Source of the DNA: an uncultured Pseudomonadota bacterium
Lineage (GTDB): Bacteria > Pseudomonadota > Alphaproteobacteria > Acetobacterales > Acetobacteraceae
DNA length: 64,000 bases
NCBI GenBank assembly: GCA_963764465.1
Contig: CAVXSO010000004.1
Span: 110,494 to 174,493, forward strand
Direction of reading: 5' to 3'
Position 1 is the stretch's first letter, and every line of letters begins with the position of its first letter. The notes under the pieces were generated by a model. It did not search any database and was not told the DNA's origin. It saw only the letters and a list, made by a program, of their open reading frames with translations. Both the position numbers and the translations under genes were made by a program. Below, one piece after another: positions 51,601-59,981 of the stretch.

Positions 51601-52178
51601 TCCCATCCCGCGCGATCCACCGCGGCGTCGGAATCCTGTGTCGTGTAGCGCCCGGCAGTGTCGATCAGCACCGCGTTCTCGGTGAACCACCAGTCGCACA
51701 TCCGCGTCCCGCCGATGCCGGCGACCGCGCCCTGGCCCATCTCGGCCGCGAGCGGGAATTGCAGGCCGGCATTGAGCAGCGCCGTGGTCTTGCCCGCACC
51801 TGGCGGGCCGATGATCACGTACCAGGGCTGCTCGTAGAGATAGCCGCGGGTGCCGCTGGCGCGGCGCAGCAGCCCGAGCGCGGTCGTGAGTTTCTCGCGT
51901 AGCGCCGCGACTTCCTCGGCCGAGGCGTCGGGGCCTTCCGCTGCGGTCGCGGTCGCCCCGGCGACGATCGCCGCATCGGCGTTGCGCCGCCGCCACGAGA
52001 GCCAGAAATTCACGCCGAACCAGACCACCGCGACCACGACCACGATCGCAAGCCGAACCATCCAGCTGGCCAGCGGCGCCAGCAGCGGGCCGAAGATCCA
52101 CACCAGCGCCGCCAGGATCGCGGCGCCAAGCCCCGTGAGAAACCAGCGCGAGAGCAGCCAGCCCAGGATTTTCTTCAT
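48657..52178 (-). CDS. tssM: Type VI secretion membrane subunit TssM (IcmF)
   Basis: 1173 aa with N-terminal TM helices, Walker A IIGPPGAGKTTALLNAG and the long periplasmic IcmF-related C-terminal region. Confidence 0.93.
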   Translation of the reverse strand: MKKILGWLLSRWFLTGLGAAILAALVWIFGPLLAPLASWMVRLAIVVVVAVVWFGVNFWLSWRRRNADAAIVAGATATAAEGPDASAEEVAALREKLTTALGLLRRASGTRGYLYEQPWYVIIGPPGAGKTTALLNAGLQFPLAAEMGQGAVAGIGGTRMCDWWFTENAVLIDTAGRYTTQDSDAAVDRAGWEGFLDLLRRTRTRQPLNGVLVAISVADIATAPAAERSAHARAIRRRVKELTDRLGVRLPVYALFTKADLLAGFTEYFDDLDRDRRGQVWGMTFPIGGGEAGPVPGFAAEFQALVNRLGERLFDRLQAERSPDRRALIAGFPAQVASLEQPLTSFLTDAFGGSKLDPAPFLRGVYLTSGTQEGTPIDRLTGALSRAFGVDQRRAPSLRPEQGRSYFLTRLLRDVVFGEAMLVSARPGAARRQALLRGGAFAAIALVTIGVVAGLWMQNASSNAEIARAQAALAAYRAAAAKLPLDPVNDANLAAIAPLLDQARALPDGYDHPATGAGLGLSQSAKIGAASRAVYRQALERVLLPRLIWRLEGQIRGNLDKPEFTYEATRVYLMLGNQGPLDRGLVREWMTLDWQNTYPGAADVALRGDLVKHLDALLANPLPQVPLDGKLIEDARRTFSRVSLAERVYSRIRPLAANVPPWTPGAALGASGAPLFVRASGKPLTDGIPGLYTRDGFYNVVLPSLPVAAKDVASESWVLGANAQINPTSPETMNLEHDVVALYTAEYIKAWEAMLADLNLAPLNSLNEAVRELYVLGSPQSPMRDLLVSIANQLTLSVPPKAAPGADAAAKGVAAKVAPKLGGAASQLQGLLGKQAGAPPVPPGQDVDNHFKALIDFVGKGPGAPIDTDIKLINDLQQQLSQVAATPAGGAPAPALAAGGDPGQLLIAAASQAPPPVARWLPALANSASVLRGGGAKAQVAAAFNGGGGPGTLCQRAVNGRYPFFTGASNEIPLDDFARLFAPNGLLDSFFNTQLRPFVDTSGTVWKAQAANGVPPPISDGDLAQFQRASQIRDMFFAAGGTTPTVRFDITPVSLDAGARQVSIDFGGATVVNTHGPVQSTPITWPGPNRMEHVRLVFDPPSPGTTGVIEARGPWALFRLFDQGEIARAGAAERYTLTFHLGARSASFDLRADSVLNPFAPGVLHDFRCPAVH

Positions 52179-52188
52179 CGTTGCGTCC

Positions 52189-53604
52189 TCAACCCTGCCG
52201 CCTCAGCACGACCTCGATGCGCCGGTTCTCGTCCCGCCCGGCGGCGGTGGCGTTGGTGGCGATCGGGTCGGCCTCGGCACGGCCCTCGGCGCGGATGCGG
52301 GCCGGCTCGCCGAGCGTCTTCAGGATGATGGCGCGTGCCGCCTCCGCTCGTTTCGTCGACAGCACGAAATTGGATGGGAACTGCACCGTGTGGATCGGCT
52401 GATTGTCGGTGTAGCCGAGCACGGTGACCTGGCCCGGCTCGCTCTTGAGCGCGGTGCCGATGCGCTCGAGCGTCGGGATCACCTTCGCCTCCACCGTGGC
52501 GCTGCCGGAGGCGAACATGCCGGTGTTGCGGATGCGCACGACCGGCATCTCCTCCGTGCCCAGTACCGTCACCAGCCCCTCCTTGATCTCGGGTGCCAGG
52601 AACTGGCGCAGCTTCTCCAGGATGCCGGGCTGCGCCGGCGGCGGTGGTGGCGGTGGCGGCACGACGGGTGCCGCGCGTACGAGCCGCGGCATCGCGGCCG
52701 GGGGCGCTGTCAGCATCGCCTCGAACAGCGCGTCGGAACTTGCGTTGAGGCTGCGCGAGAAGCCGAGGAAGGCGAGGCCCATCACCAGCAGGCCGGCGAC
52801 GCAAGCGACCCAGAGCGGCAGGCGCGCGCGCGCAGGGCGATAGGGTGCGGCCACGCCCTGCCAGTGCGGCGAAAGCCCGGCCTCCACCGCGCCGCGCTGG
52901 CGGGTGATGATGGTGTAGAGATCCTCGCGGATGCGATCGAGTTCTGCCGGCCCGCGCGGCGTCAGCCGGTACTGACCCTGGAACCCGAGGGCGAGGCACA
53001 TGTACATCAGGTCGAGCACCGGCAGGAAACTGCCGGGGTTCTGCCGCAGCTGCGCGAGCACCGCGAAGAAGCGCTCGCCGCTGCGCACCTCCTGGTGAAA
53101 CGTCGAAACGAGCGAGCGCGTGTCCCAGGCGCTCTGGCTGCCCCAGGGCGTGTTGAGCACGGCGTCGTCGAGGCTGGCGCACAGCGCGTAATGCGCCGGG
53201 CGCAGCAGCTCCATCGGGATCTGCGCCTCGCGCGAGGACGCCTCGAACTGCCGGATCTCGCGCACGGCGCGCTCGCGCAGCTCCGAGGCATCGGGCTGGC
53301 TCAGCGTGTTGCGCAGTCGCGCCAGCAGCTGCAGCAGAGGTGCCGCCGCGGCCAGCAGTGGCGAGGTGCCGAAGCGGATCTGCTCCGCCCCTTCCGAGAG
53401 CGTCGGCGATGGCGCCGCGAACCCGGCGCCGGCAGGCGGGAGGCCACCCTGGCCACCCGATCCCCCCTGGCCCCCGAAGCCCGCGCCGGGACCAGGCTGC
53501 ATGCCGCCCGGCGGCGCCGCTTCCGGCGGCCGCCGGCCACCGGGTACCGGCCGGATCACCGTGCGTTCGCTGTCGTCCGGCTCGCCGAATGGGTTGTCGC
53601 TCAT
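52189..53604 (-). CDS. tssL: Type VI secretion membrane subunit TssL (DotU), long form with a C-terminal OmpA/MotB peptidoglycan-binding domain
   Basis: DotU region (PLLAAAAPLLQLLARLRN...), one TM helix (LWVACVAGLLVMGLAFLGF) and a C-terminal OmpA-like domain (VTVLGYTDNQPI...STKRAEAARAIIL...NRRIEVVL). Confidence 0.9.
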   Translation of the reverse strand: MSDNPFGEPDDSERTVIRPVPGGRRPPEAAPPGGMQPGPGAGFGGQGGSGGQGGLPPAGAGFAAPSPTLSEGAEQIRFGTSPLLAAAAPLLQLLARLRNTLSQPDASELRERAVREIRQFEASSREAQIPMELLRPAHYALCASLDDAVLNTPWGSQSAWDTRSLVSTFHQEVRSGERFFAVLAQLRQNPGSFLPVLDLMYMCLALGFQGQYRLTPRGPAELDRIREDLYTIITRQRGAVEAGLSPHWQGVAAPYRPARARLPLWVACVAGLLVMGLAFLGFSRSLNASSDALFEAMLTAPPAAMPRLVRAAPVVPPPPPPPPAQPGILEKLRQFLAPEIKEGLVTVLGTEEMPVVRIRNTGMFASGSATVEAKVIPTLERIGTALKSEPGQVTVLGYTDNQPIHTVQFPSNFVLSTKRAEAARAIILKTLGEPARIRAEGRAEADPIATNATAAGRDENRRIEVVLRRQG

Positions 53605-53635
53605 CCCTGCCTCGCCCTCAGCCCGTCACGGCGGT

Positions 53636-54964
53636 TCAGCCACGTATCGCCCACAGCTCCATGCGCAGGCCCGGATAGTCGCCCGAGACATGGATCGCGA
53701 AGCCGCCGGAGCTCTGCATTTGTTGCCAATGCGGAGCATTCCGGTCGAGCTCGAAATATGTCGCCCCGGCGTAGAACGGCAATTGCCGCGGCGCCACCGG
53801 CAGTGCGCGCACCGGGATGCCGGTGATCTGGCTCATCACGTATTCGCGGATATGCTCCACGCCGGCGATCTTCACCTGGCTCGGGAAGAGCTGGCGCAGC
53901 GTCTCGGTCGGCACGTCCGCCTGCACCGTCAGCACGAAGACCGAGCCGCGCAGGATCGAACGATCGACAATCTGGCCCACATGCAGCCCGTGGCGCCGCT
54001 CTTGCAGCGGCACCGGGATCGCGTTCTGCTCGATCACCGCCGAGAGCGATCGGCGCAAATCCGCCACCACCGGCGCGTAGCTGCGCTGCAGGTCATCGTG
54101 CCGATAGGCTGGGTAGGTGCCCGGCCGGCGCGTCTGCGTATCCGTGAAGGTCGCGAACTCGCCGGCCATCGAGAGCAGCGTGCGATAGAGATCCTCGGGG
54201 TGGACGTTGCCGCCCTCCGCCCAGTGCGCGAGCACCGGCTGCCAGCGGTTGATCGCCTGCAGCAGCAGGAAATCCTGCACCTCCGCCGCCCCGCGCGAGC
54301 CGGGGGCGACCAGCCGCGCCGCCATCGCCTCGCCGCGCTGGTGCAGCATGCCGGAGAGCTCGGTGATCAGCCCCGCGAGCGGCGGCGCCGCACCGCACAG
54401 CAGCGCCGGCGGGATCCAGCGGTCGTCCAGCGTCACGCGCTTGTCCGCCGCGACCTCGAGCACGCGCGCGAGCCCGATGCACAGATACCCCGCGCGCTCC
54501 TCGCTCTCGAGCATGTAGCGCAGCCGCAGCCGCCCGATCTGGATCGCGGCCGGCGTCGGCGAGCCGGAATGCGTGTCGAACGCCTCGAACTCGCGCAGCG
54601 CGAGCCGGCCCTCGACACCCTCCGCCGCAACCTCCACCGCGCCTGGCTGGCGCACCGGCAGCGCCAGATACACGACAGCGTTGCGCACGCCTTCGCCAAG
54701 CTCGAGCGGCGGCGGATGGTCGGTCTCGCCCGGGATCGCGAACGGCGAGCCGTCCTCGAACACGCCCGCGCCGTGCGCGAGCGCAAAGCGGCCGGTGGCG
54801 AGCAGGTCGCGATCGATCGCGAACTCCGTGATGCCCCACGGGTGCGGGCGCAGCGCTGCGGTACGGCCGCGCAGCATCGCCTCCAGCGCGCGGTCCTGCT
54901 GCTGGAAATGCTGCGCGCGGAGGAACATGCCCTCCTGCCAGACCACGCGGTTGGTCCAGGTCAT
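53636..54964 (-). CDS. tssK: Type VI secretion baseplate subunit TssK
   Basis: 442 aa from ATG 54964: MTWTNRVVWQEGMFLRAQHFQQQDRALE is the canonical TssK start. The track ORF extends further upstream over tssJ and is rejected. Confidence 0.9.
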   Translation of the reverse strand: MTWTNRVVWQEGMFLRAQHFQQQDRALEAMLRGRTAALRPHPWGITEFAIDRDLLATGRFALAHGAGVFEDGSPFAIPGETDHPPPLELGEGVRNAVVYLALPVRQPGAVEVAAEGVEGRLALREFEAFDTHSGSPTPAAIQIGRLRLRYMLESEERAGYLCIGLARVLEVAADKRVTLDDRWIPPALLCGAAPPLAGLITELSGMLHQRGEAMAARLVAPGSRGAAEVQDFLLLQAINRWQPVLAHWAEGGNVHPEDLYRTLLSMAGEFATFTDTQTRRPGTYPAYRHDDLQRSYAPVVADLRRSLSAVIEQNAIPVPLQERRHGLHVGQIVDRSILRGSVFVLTVQADVPTETLRQLFPSQVKIAGVEHIREYVMSQITGIPVRALPVAPRQLPFYAGATYFELDRNAPHWQQMQSSGGFAIHVSGDYPGLRMELWAIRG

Positions 54965-54993
54965 CGCGCCCGCCCTGCCGTTGCCACGCGAGC

Positions 54994-55458
54994 CTAACCC
55001 TTCCCCAGCTTCGCGACGAGGCCGGCGGTGGTGAGCGTCAGCTTCACCTCTCCGGTCGCGGGCACCGGCGCGGTGAGGCGCCAGGTCGCGTGGTCGATGT
55101 CGCGGAACAGCACCACGATCCCGATCGCGTTGGTGCCGGGCTTCAGCGGATGCGAGACCGTCACCGTCTGCCCCGGGCTCACCAGCACCTCCTCCGAGCC
55201 GAGGTCGTCCGCGCCCAGCGTCGCCTGCTCGCGGTTCATCAGCGCGAACACGTCGGCGCGCGAGAACGTCGCGGTGGAAGCGAGCTGGACGATGCGCACC
55301 GCGACCGAGGCGGGGTGCCCGGACGCATCCGGGTTCTGGTCCGCGCCGCCGGTGATGGTGAGCGAGAGCGTGGCCGGCGCCGGCGGTGGCGCAGCGCAGC
55401 CCGCGAGCACGGCGAGCGTGCCCAGGCCCAGGTTCCGGACCAGATGGCGTCGTTGCAT
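54994..55458 (-). CDS. tssJ: Type VI secretion lipoprotein TssJ
   Basis: 154 aa with lipobox LAVLAGC, then LTITGGADQNPDASGHPASVAVRIVQL, typical of TssJ. The ATG shares one base with the tagH stop (TGATG). Confidence 0.85.
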   Translation of the reverse strand: MQRRHLVRNLGLGTLAVLAGCAAPPPAPATLSLTITGGADQNPDASGHPASVAVRIVQLASTATFSRADVFALMNREQATLGADDLGSEEVLVSPGQTVTVSHPLKPGTNAIGIVVLFRDIDHATWRLTAPVPATGEVKLTLTTAGLVAKLGKG

Positions 55459-57071
55459 CAGTTTCTCTTCCTTTCGTCGGCGTCGCGCAGTGCCTCCTCG
55501 TAGGCATGGGCAAAGGCCTTGCCGAACACGCTGTCGAAATCGTCGGTGAGGCCCTGGGTCACGGTGGCATGCAGCTTCTCGTAGAGCTCGAAGGCGCGGG
55601 CCCGCTTCTGCGCCGGCAGCACGCCGCCGGCCTTCTCTCCCTCGGCGCGCAGCGGCGCGGGATCGAGGCGCGCGACGAGCGAGCGCACCGCCGCCTGCAT
55701 CGCCGCCGCGGAGGCAAGCTCGTGCAGGCGCATGTCGCGCAGCGCGTCGGCCACCGCCGTGCCGGGCGCCATGTCCACGCGCCTCCCGGTGCCGAGCAGC
55801 GCCGCCAGCGCGTCGTCGTCGTTGGCGGAGAATTTCAGCGGGTTGTTGCCGCGCGCGCGGATCATCGTCTGCTCAATGCGGAACTCGCCCTTCACCGCGG
55901 CTCGCGCCATCAGCGCCTGGCGCAGCCCCGAGACAAGCTCGCGGAACGCGGTGCCAAGGGCCGCCATCGTCGCGGCCGGATCGGCGACCGCGGCACCCTC
56001 CATCCCCGCGCCGCCAAGGAACGCGGCAAGCAGGTCGCTCGTGCCAGCGGCCGGCGCTGCGGCGCGCACCGGGGAGGCCGGCGCGACTGGTGGCGCAGCC
56101 GATGGCGGGGGCGCAGGCGTTGGCGTGGGCCTCGCGGCTGCCGGTTCGTCAAACGGCGAGAGGTCGGCGAACGGATCGGCTGGCGTGGCCGGTGGTGGCG
56201 TGGCCGGTGGTGGCGTGGCCGGTGGTGGCGCGCCCGGTGGCGCTCCCGCTGCCGGTGGTGCCGCCGGGAAGGGGCTCGCGGCGGGTTTGTCGGTTAGCGG
56301 CGGGGCGGCTGGAAGTGGTGCCGCCGGGAAGGGGCTGGCAGGCGGACCGGCTGGCGGTGCGTTTGCCGGCGACGGGGCCGACGCGGGTGCCGCCGCCGGC
56401 TTCGGCGCGAAGTCGAGATCCCAGTCGTCGAGATCCGCCGGCAGTGGCGGCGGGGGTGCCGGAGCCGGCGTGCGGAACGCCTCCTCGAAGGCCGGAACGT
56501 GGTCGGGGTCGGTCGCCGGGCGAGACGACGTGGCCGGCGTGAGGGGCGAACCGAAATTGTTGCCAAGGCTGATCGGATCCGGTGCCAGCGGTCCCTTGTG
56601 CAACGGTTCGGCAGCGAACGGATCATGCGTGCCACGCGGCGGCGCCAGCGGATCGTCGCCGAACGGATCGTGTCCGAAGGGCGAGCCGCCGTAACCCGGC
56701 GGCGCGGGCTGTGCCTGGCGCGCGGGCGGCGCTCCCCAGGAAGCCGCCTCCGGCTCCGCCTCGATCAGCACCTCGAACTCGTAGGCGCCGAGGCGAAGCC
56801 GGTCGCCGTCGCGCAGGTCGCGCACGCTGCCGCGGCCGATGGGGTCGGCATCGCGGTTGAGGTACGTCCCGTTTGTCGAAACATCGGCGATCTGCCAGCC
56901 GCCGTTGCGAAAGGCGATCACGCAGTGCCGCTTGGACAGCACCCGCTCGGGGTCCGCGAGCGGCCACTCGTTCTCCGAGCCGCGGCCGAGCGCGTATTCC
57001 CCGCCCGTTACCCGCCGCCGTTCCGGCGAGACCGTCTCGGGGCAGCGCAGGATGGAGAGAACCAGGGCCAT
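55458..57071 (-). CDS. tagH: T6SS-associated FHA-domain protein TagH (Fha/ImpI)
   Basis: N-terminal FHA domain (YALGRGSENEWPLADPERVLSKRHCVIAFRNGGWQIADVSTNGTYLN...LRDGDRLRLGAYEF), a long Pro-rich low-complexity middle and the conserved TagH C-terminal domain. Confidence 0.88.
   Translation of the reverse strand: MALVLSILRCPETVSPERRRVTGGEYALGRGSENEWPLADPERVLSKRHCVIAFRNGGWQIADVSTNGTYLNRDADPIGRGSVRDLRDGDRLRLGAYEFEVLIEAEPEAASWGAPPARQAQPAPPGYGGSPFGHDPFGDDPLAPPRGTHDPFAAEPLHKGPLAPDPISLGNNFGSPLTPATSSRPATDPDHVPAFEEAFRTPAPAPPPPLPADLDDWDLDFAPKPAAAPASAPSPANAPPAGPPASPFPAAPLPAAPPLTDKPAASPFPAAPPAAGAPPGAPPPATPPPATPPPATPADPFADLSPFDEPAAARPTPTPAPPPSAAPPVAPASPVRAAAPAAGTSDLLAAFLGGAGMEGAAVADPAATMAALGTAFRELVSGLRQALMARAAVKGEFRIEQTMIRARGNNPLKFSANDDDALAALLGTGRRVDMAPGTAVADALRDMRLHELASAAAMQAAVRSLVARLDPAPLRAEGEKAGGVLPAQKRARAFELYEKLHATVTQGLTDDFDSVFGKAFAHAYEEALRDADERKRN
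56181..56240. repeat. 15-bp tandem repeat x4 (last copy degenerate) inside tagH
   Basis: tggcgtggccggtgg occurs at 56181, 56196 and 56211, plus tggcgcgcccggtgg at 56226. On the coding strand it encodes PPATP PPATP PPATP (PPGAP). Confidence 0.9.
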
Positions 57072-57081
57072 GTCGCCAACC

Positions 57082-57372
57082 TCAACCGATTAGCACGGTG
57101 AAGCAACCGAGCACGATCGAGCCGCCATGCGAGGTCAGATCGCCCATGCGCGCCGCCGGCTGGCCGCCAATCAGCACCGTGAACGATCCCAGGGCGATCG
57201 TATCCGGCGGGCCCACGCATACGCACGTGTCAGACACGCGCGCGGCCGGCAGCGCCTGGATCAGCACCGTGGGACATCCGGGGGCGAGGATCGGACCGCC
57301 GACATGCGGCACGATGCCCGTCACCATCGGGCAGACATGCATGTCCGTGAGCCGGGCGGCGGGCTGGCCCAT
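57082..57372 (-). CDS. PAAR-domain protein (minimal, 96 aa)
   Basis: MGQPAARLTDMHVCPMVTG...PHVGGPILAPGCPTVLIQALPAARVSD...GQPAARMGDLTSHGGSIVLG carries three PAAR-type motifs. The longer track ORF (to 57867) is an out-of-frame extension. Confidence 0.9.
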   Translation of the reverse strand: MGQPAARLTDMHVCPMVTGIVPHVGGPILAPGCPTVLIQALPAARVSDTCVCVGPPDTIALGSFTVLIGGQPAARMGDLTSHGGSIVLGCFTVLIG

Positions 57373-57986
57373 CAGGGTGCCGCCGTATCCATGCGCCCCG
57401 GTCCGCCGGAGGCGATGTCGCGCGCGCTGGCGAGAAACCGCGCAAGGCGCGCCGCCTGGAGCGACGGATCGGTGCGCACCGAGGCGAGGGTGATCGCGCC
57501 AGCGAGTGCCAACCCCGCGAGATGCGGCGCGGGTGGCACGGCCGGCTGCCCGAGCGGTGCCATGGAATCCCCGCTCCAGAACGCCGCGACCGCGGCCCAG
57601 GCCTCCGGCGTGCCGAAGCGCGCCTGCTCGGCGGCGGCGAAGGCGGCGCGGCGGTTCTCGTCGGATGGCTTGCGCACCCACGCCTCGGCGGCCTCCAGCG
57701 CCGCGCGATCGGGCGGGGGAAGATCGGCGGGAATGGTGGCGCGCGCGCACATGCACGCCCACCATACACCCTCGCGCCGTGGCAGCGCATGCGCGACCAG
57801 CTTCACCGCGTCCGCCGCCAGCCCACCTGATTCCAGCACCTCCAGCGCGGCCGGCGCGTCGGGGCATTCCGCAATCCGCGCCAGGGCATCGGCGGACAGC
57901 TCGCCGCGTTCGCGCACCGGGCCGAGCGGGGTCGCGCGCAGCTTGGCGAGCGCGGTGGACGGGTAGGCGGATTGGGTGCCGGACAT
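57372..57986 (-). CDS. Conserved-looking hypothetical protein (204 aa) between vgrG and PAAR
   Basis: ATG 57986 is 10 nt after the vgrG stop, and its own stop shares a base with the PAAR ATG (TGATG). The protein is Ala-rich and helical-looking, with no signal peptide, no TM helix and no recognised catalytic motif. Confidence 0.6.
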   Translation of the reverse strand: MSGTQSAYPSTALAKLRATPLGPVRERGELSADALARIAECPDAPAALEVLESGGLAADAVKLVAHALPRREGVWWACMCARATIPADLPPPDRAALEAAEAWVRKPSDENRRAAFAAAEQARFGTPEAWAAVAAFWSGDSMAPLGQPAVPPAPHLAGLALAGAITLASVRTDPSLQAARLARFLASARDIASGGPGRMDTAAP

Positions 57987-57995
57987 CGCGTGCCT

Positions 57996-59981
57996 CTAGT
58001 TGATCATCGTGAGGCCGCCCTTGAGCGTCAGCATGCCGTCGCCCTTCAGGGTGGTCAGCGGAGCCTTCATGTCGAGCATCGCGGTGCCGGCGACCTTCAC
58101 CATGGTGCCATTGATCGACACGCCGCTGGGATCGATCTTGACCGTGTTGGACCCGACCGTGAGTTCGATGGACTGGACCGCGGTGATCTTCACCGCCCCC
58201 GCCTGCGCGTCGATGGTGATGTTGCCGGTATCGACGGTGAGCTTCTCGTTGCCGCTCTGGATCTCCGTGGTGTTGTCGCCAGTGATGGTGGTGCTGCGCT
58301 TGCCCTTGACGGTGATCGTTTCGTTGTTCGTCACCGTGAGGCTGCGGTCGTTGTCCACCGTCAGCGTCTGGTCGTGCTTGACGGCGACGGTCTGGTCGTT
58401 CTTGACCGTGATGTTCTGGTCGTGATCGATCTTGACGGTGTTATCGTTCTCGACCTCGATCGTGTAGTCCTTCTCCGCATGCAGCAGCACCAGCTCGGAG
58501 CCGCTGGTGTCGTCGAAGGAAAGCTCCGAGTAATTGGAGGTGCCGCCCCCCTTGGTGGAGCGGGTGCGCAGCCCGGTCTTGTTCTTCTGGCCGGGCAGCG
58601 TGAAGGGCGGTTTCTGGTCGCCGTTGTACAGGCCGCCGAGGATGATGGGCTGGTCGATGTCGCCATCCTCGAAGGCCACGAGCACCTCGCTGCCCTGTCG
58701 CGGCAGGCTCTGCCAGCCCCAGCCATTGCCCGCCCAGGGCTGCGCCAGGCGCACCCAGATCATGGTGTCGTTGGTCGCCACGCCCGCATGGTCCCAAAGC
58801 ATCGCGACCTTGATCCGGCCGAGTTCGTCGGTGGTGATCTCCTCACCGTCCTCGCCAATCACCACGGAGGTGGTCACGCCGAGCATGCGCGGGCGCGGCG
58901 TGACCAGGGGCTGGCGCCAGGTGGTGGCAGCGGGAAAGCAGGAGAAGCCGTTGCTGTAGCTCGTCGTCCGCCCGGTGTTGGCGTGCACCTCGTCCACCGC
59001 CTCGTGCGTCACGCGGCGGATGACGTAGTCCCCGTCGTCGCCGCTCGGCGTGTCGTGCTTGGCGAGCAGCGTGAACTTGCCGCCGGGGATGAACCCCGGA
59101 TGCTGGCCGGTACCGGCGAACTGGGTCGCGGTCGCCTCGTGCGCCTCCTGGTGGATCTTGGTGCGGCTGGTGATGACCTCCGGGTCCGTGGACAGCGCGG
59201 GCCAGTGGAACGTGTCGCGCTTCTCCTTGCCACTGGTCGAAAGCACCGTCGGCGTGTTCTTCAGCAGCGACGTGTTCGGGTTGACTGGATCGTAGTCGCT
59301 GAGCGTGACCTTGCCGACCGCCGTCGCGGCGTTGCGGTGCCAGCCCCCGATGACATCCATCGTGGTCCCACCGCTGACGGCGGCACTGGGATCGGCGATG
59401 GCGGTGAACGCGGTGTTGGCGTTGGCGATCACCAGCGTATGCGCGTTGCCGGTGAAGGTGAAGAAATAGTAAAGGCCTTCCTCCTCCATCAGCCGCGTGA
59501 TGAAGGCGAGGTCCGTCTCGTTGTACTGGCAGATATAGTCGCGCGTGGGCAGCGTGCCGGTGACCTGCGTGCTGACGTCGGTGACGCCGTTTTCCGTCAG
59601 CAGGGTCTGGATCACGGTGAGCGCCGTCGTCTTGTAGAACATCCGGCAATCCGCGGTCTGCCCGGCAAAGGCCAGGCGCGGCACCAGGACCGCGCGGTAG
59701 CCGTGGGCTCCCTGCCATTTCTCGCCGGCGCGGAACTCCCGCACGATGCCATGGAAATATCGCGGCGAGCCGACCTTCGGCGTCAGCGTCACGCAGGCGG
59801 GTTTGTAGAGCATGTCGTCGGGGCTGATCGGCGAGGTGGACGAAACCATCTCGACGTCGAACTCGAACAGCTCGCTGATCCCCTCCGTCGCGCGCAGGCG
59901 CACGGGCTGCAGCGTGACCCCCGCGACCGGGGAGGTCATGGTCATCAATGTCCCGTCACCACCAGCCCCGCCAGCCGACAT
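57996..59981 (-). CDS. vgrG: Type VI secretion spike protein VgrG (TssI), no C-terminal effector extension
   Basis: 661 aa from ATG 59981 (GGAGGAGG 4 nt upstream). The gp27-like N-terminal part reads ISELFEFDVEMVS...YFHGIVREF...RDYICQYNETDLAFITRLMEEEGLYYFF. The gp5-like region has beta-helix repeats (VKNDQTVAVKHDQTLTVDNDRSLTVTNNETITV) and ends shortly after them. Confidence 0.92.
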   Translation of the reverse strand: MSAGGAGGDGTLMTMTSPVAGVTLQPVRLRATEGISELFEFDVEMVSSTSPISPDDMLYKPACVTLTPKVGSPRYFHGIVREFRAGEKWQGAHGYRAVLVPRLAFAGQTADCRMFYKTTALTVIQTLLTENGVTDVSTQVTGTLPTRDYICQYNETDLAFITRLMEEEGLYYFFTFTGNAHTLVIANANTAFTAIADPSAAVSGGTTMDVIGGWHRNAATAVGKVTLSDYDPVNPNTSLLKNTPTVLSTSGKEKRDTFHWPALSTDPEVITSRTKIHQEAHEATATQFAGTGQHPGFIPGGKFTLLAKHDTPSGDDGDYVIRRVTHEAVDEVHANTGRTTSYSNGFSCFPAATTWRQPLVTPRPRMLGVTTSVVIGEDGEEITTDELGRIKVAMLWDHAGVATNDTMIWVRLAQPWAGNGWGWQSLPRQGSEVLVAFEDGDIDQPIILGGLYNGDQKPPFTLPGQKNKTGLRTRSTKGGGTSNYSELSFDDTSGSELVLLHAEKDYTIEVENDNTVKIDHDQNITVKNDQTVAVKHDQTLTVDNDRSLTVTNNETITVKGKRSTTITGDNTTEIQSGNEKLTVDTGNITIDAQAGAVKITAVQSIELTVGSNTVKIDPSGVSINGTMVKVAGTAMLDMKAPLTTLKGDGMLTLKGGLTMIN

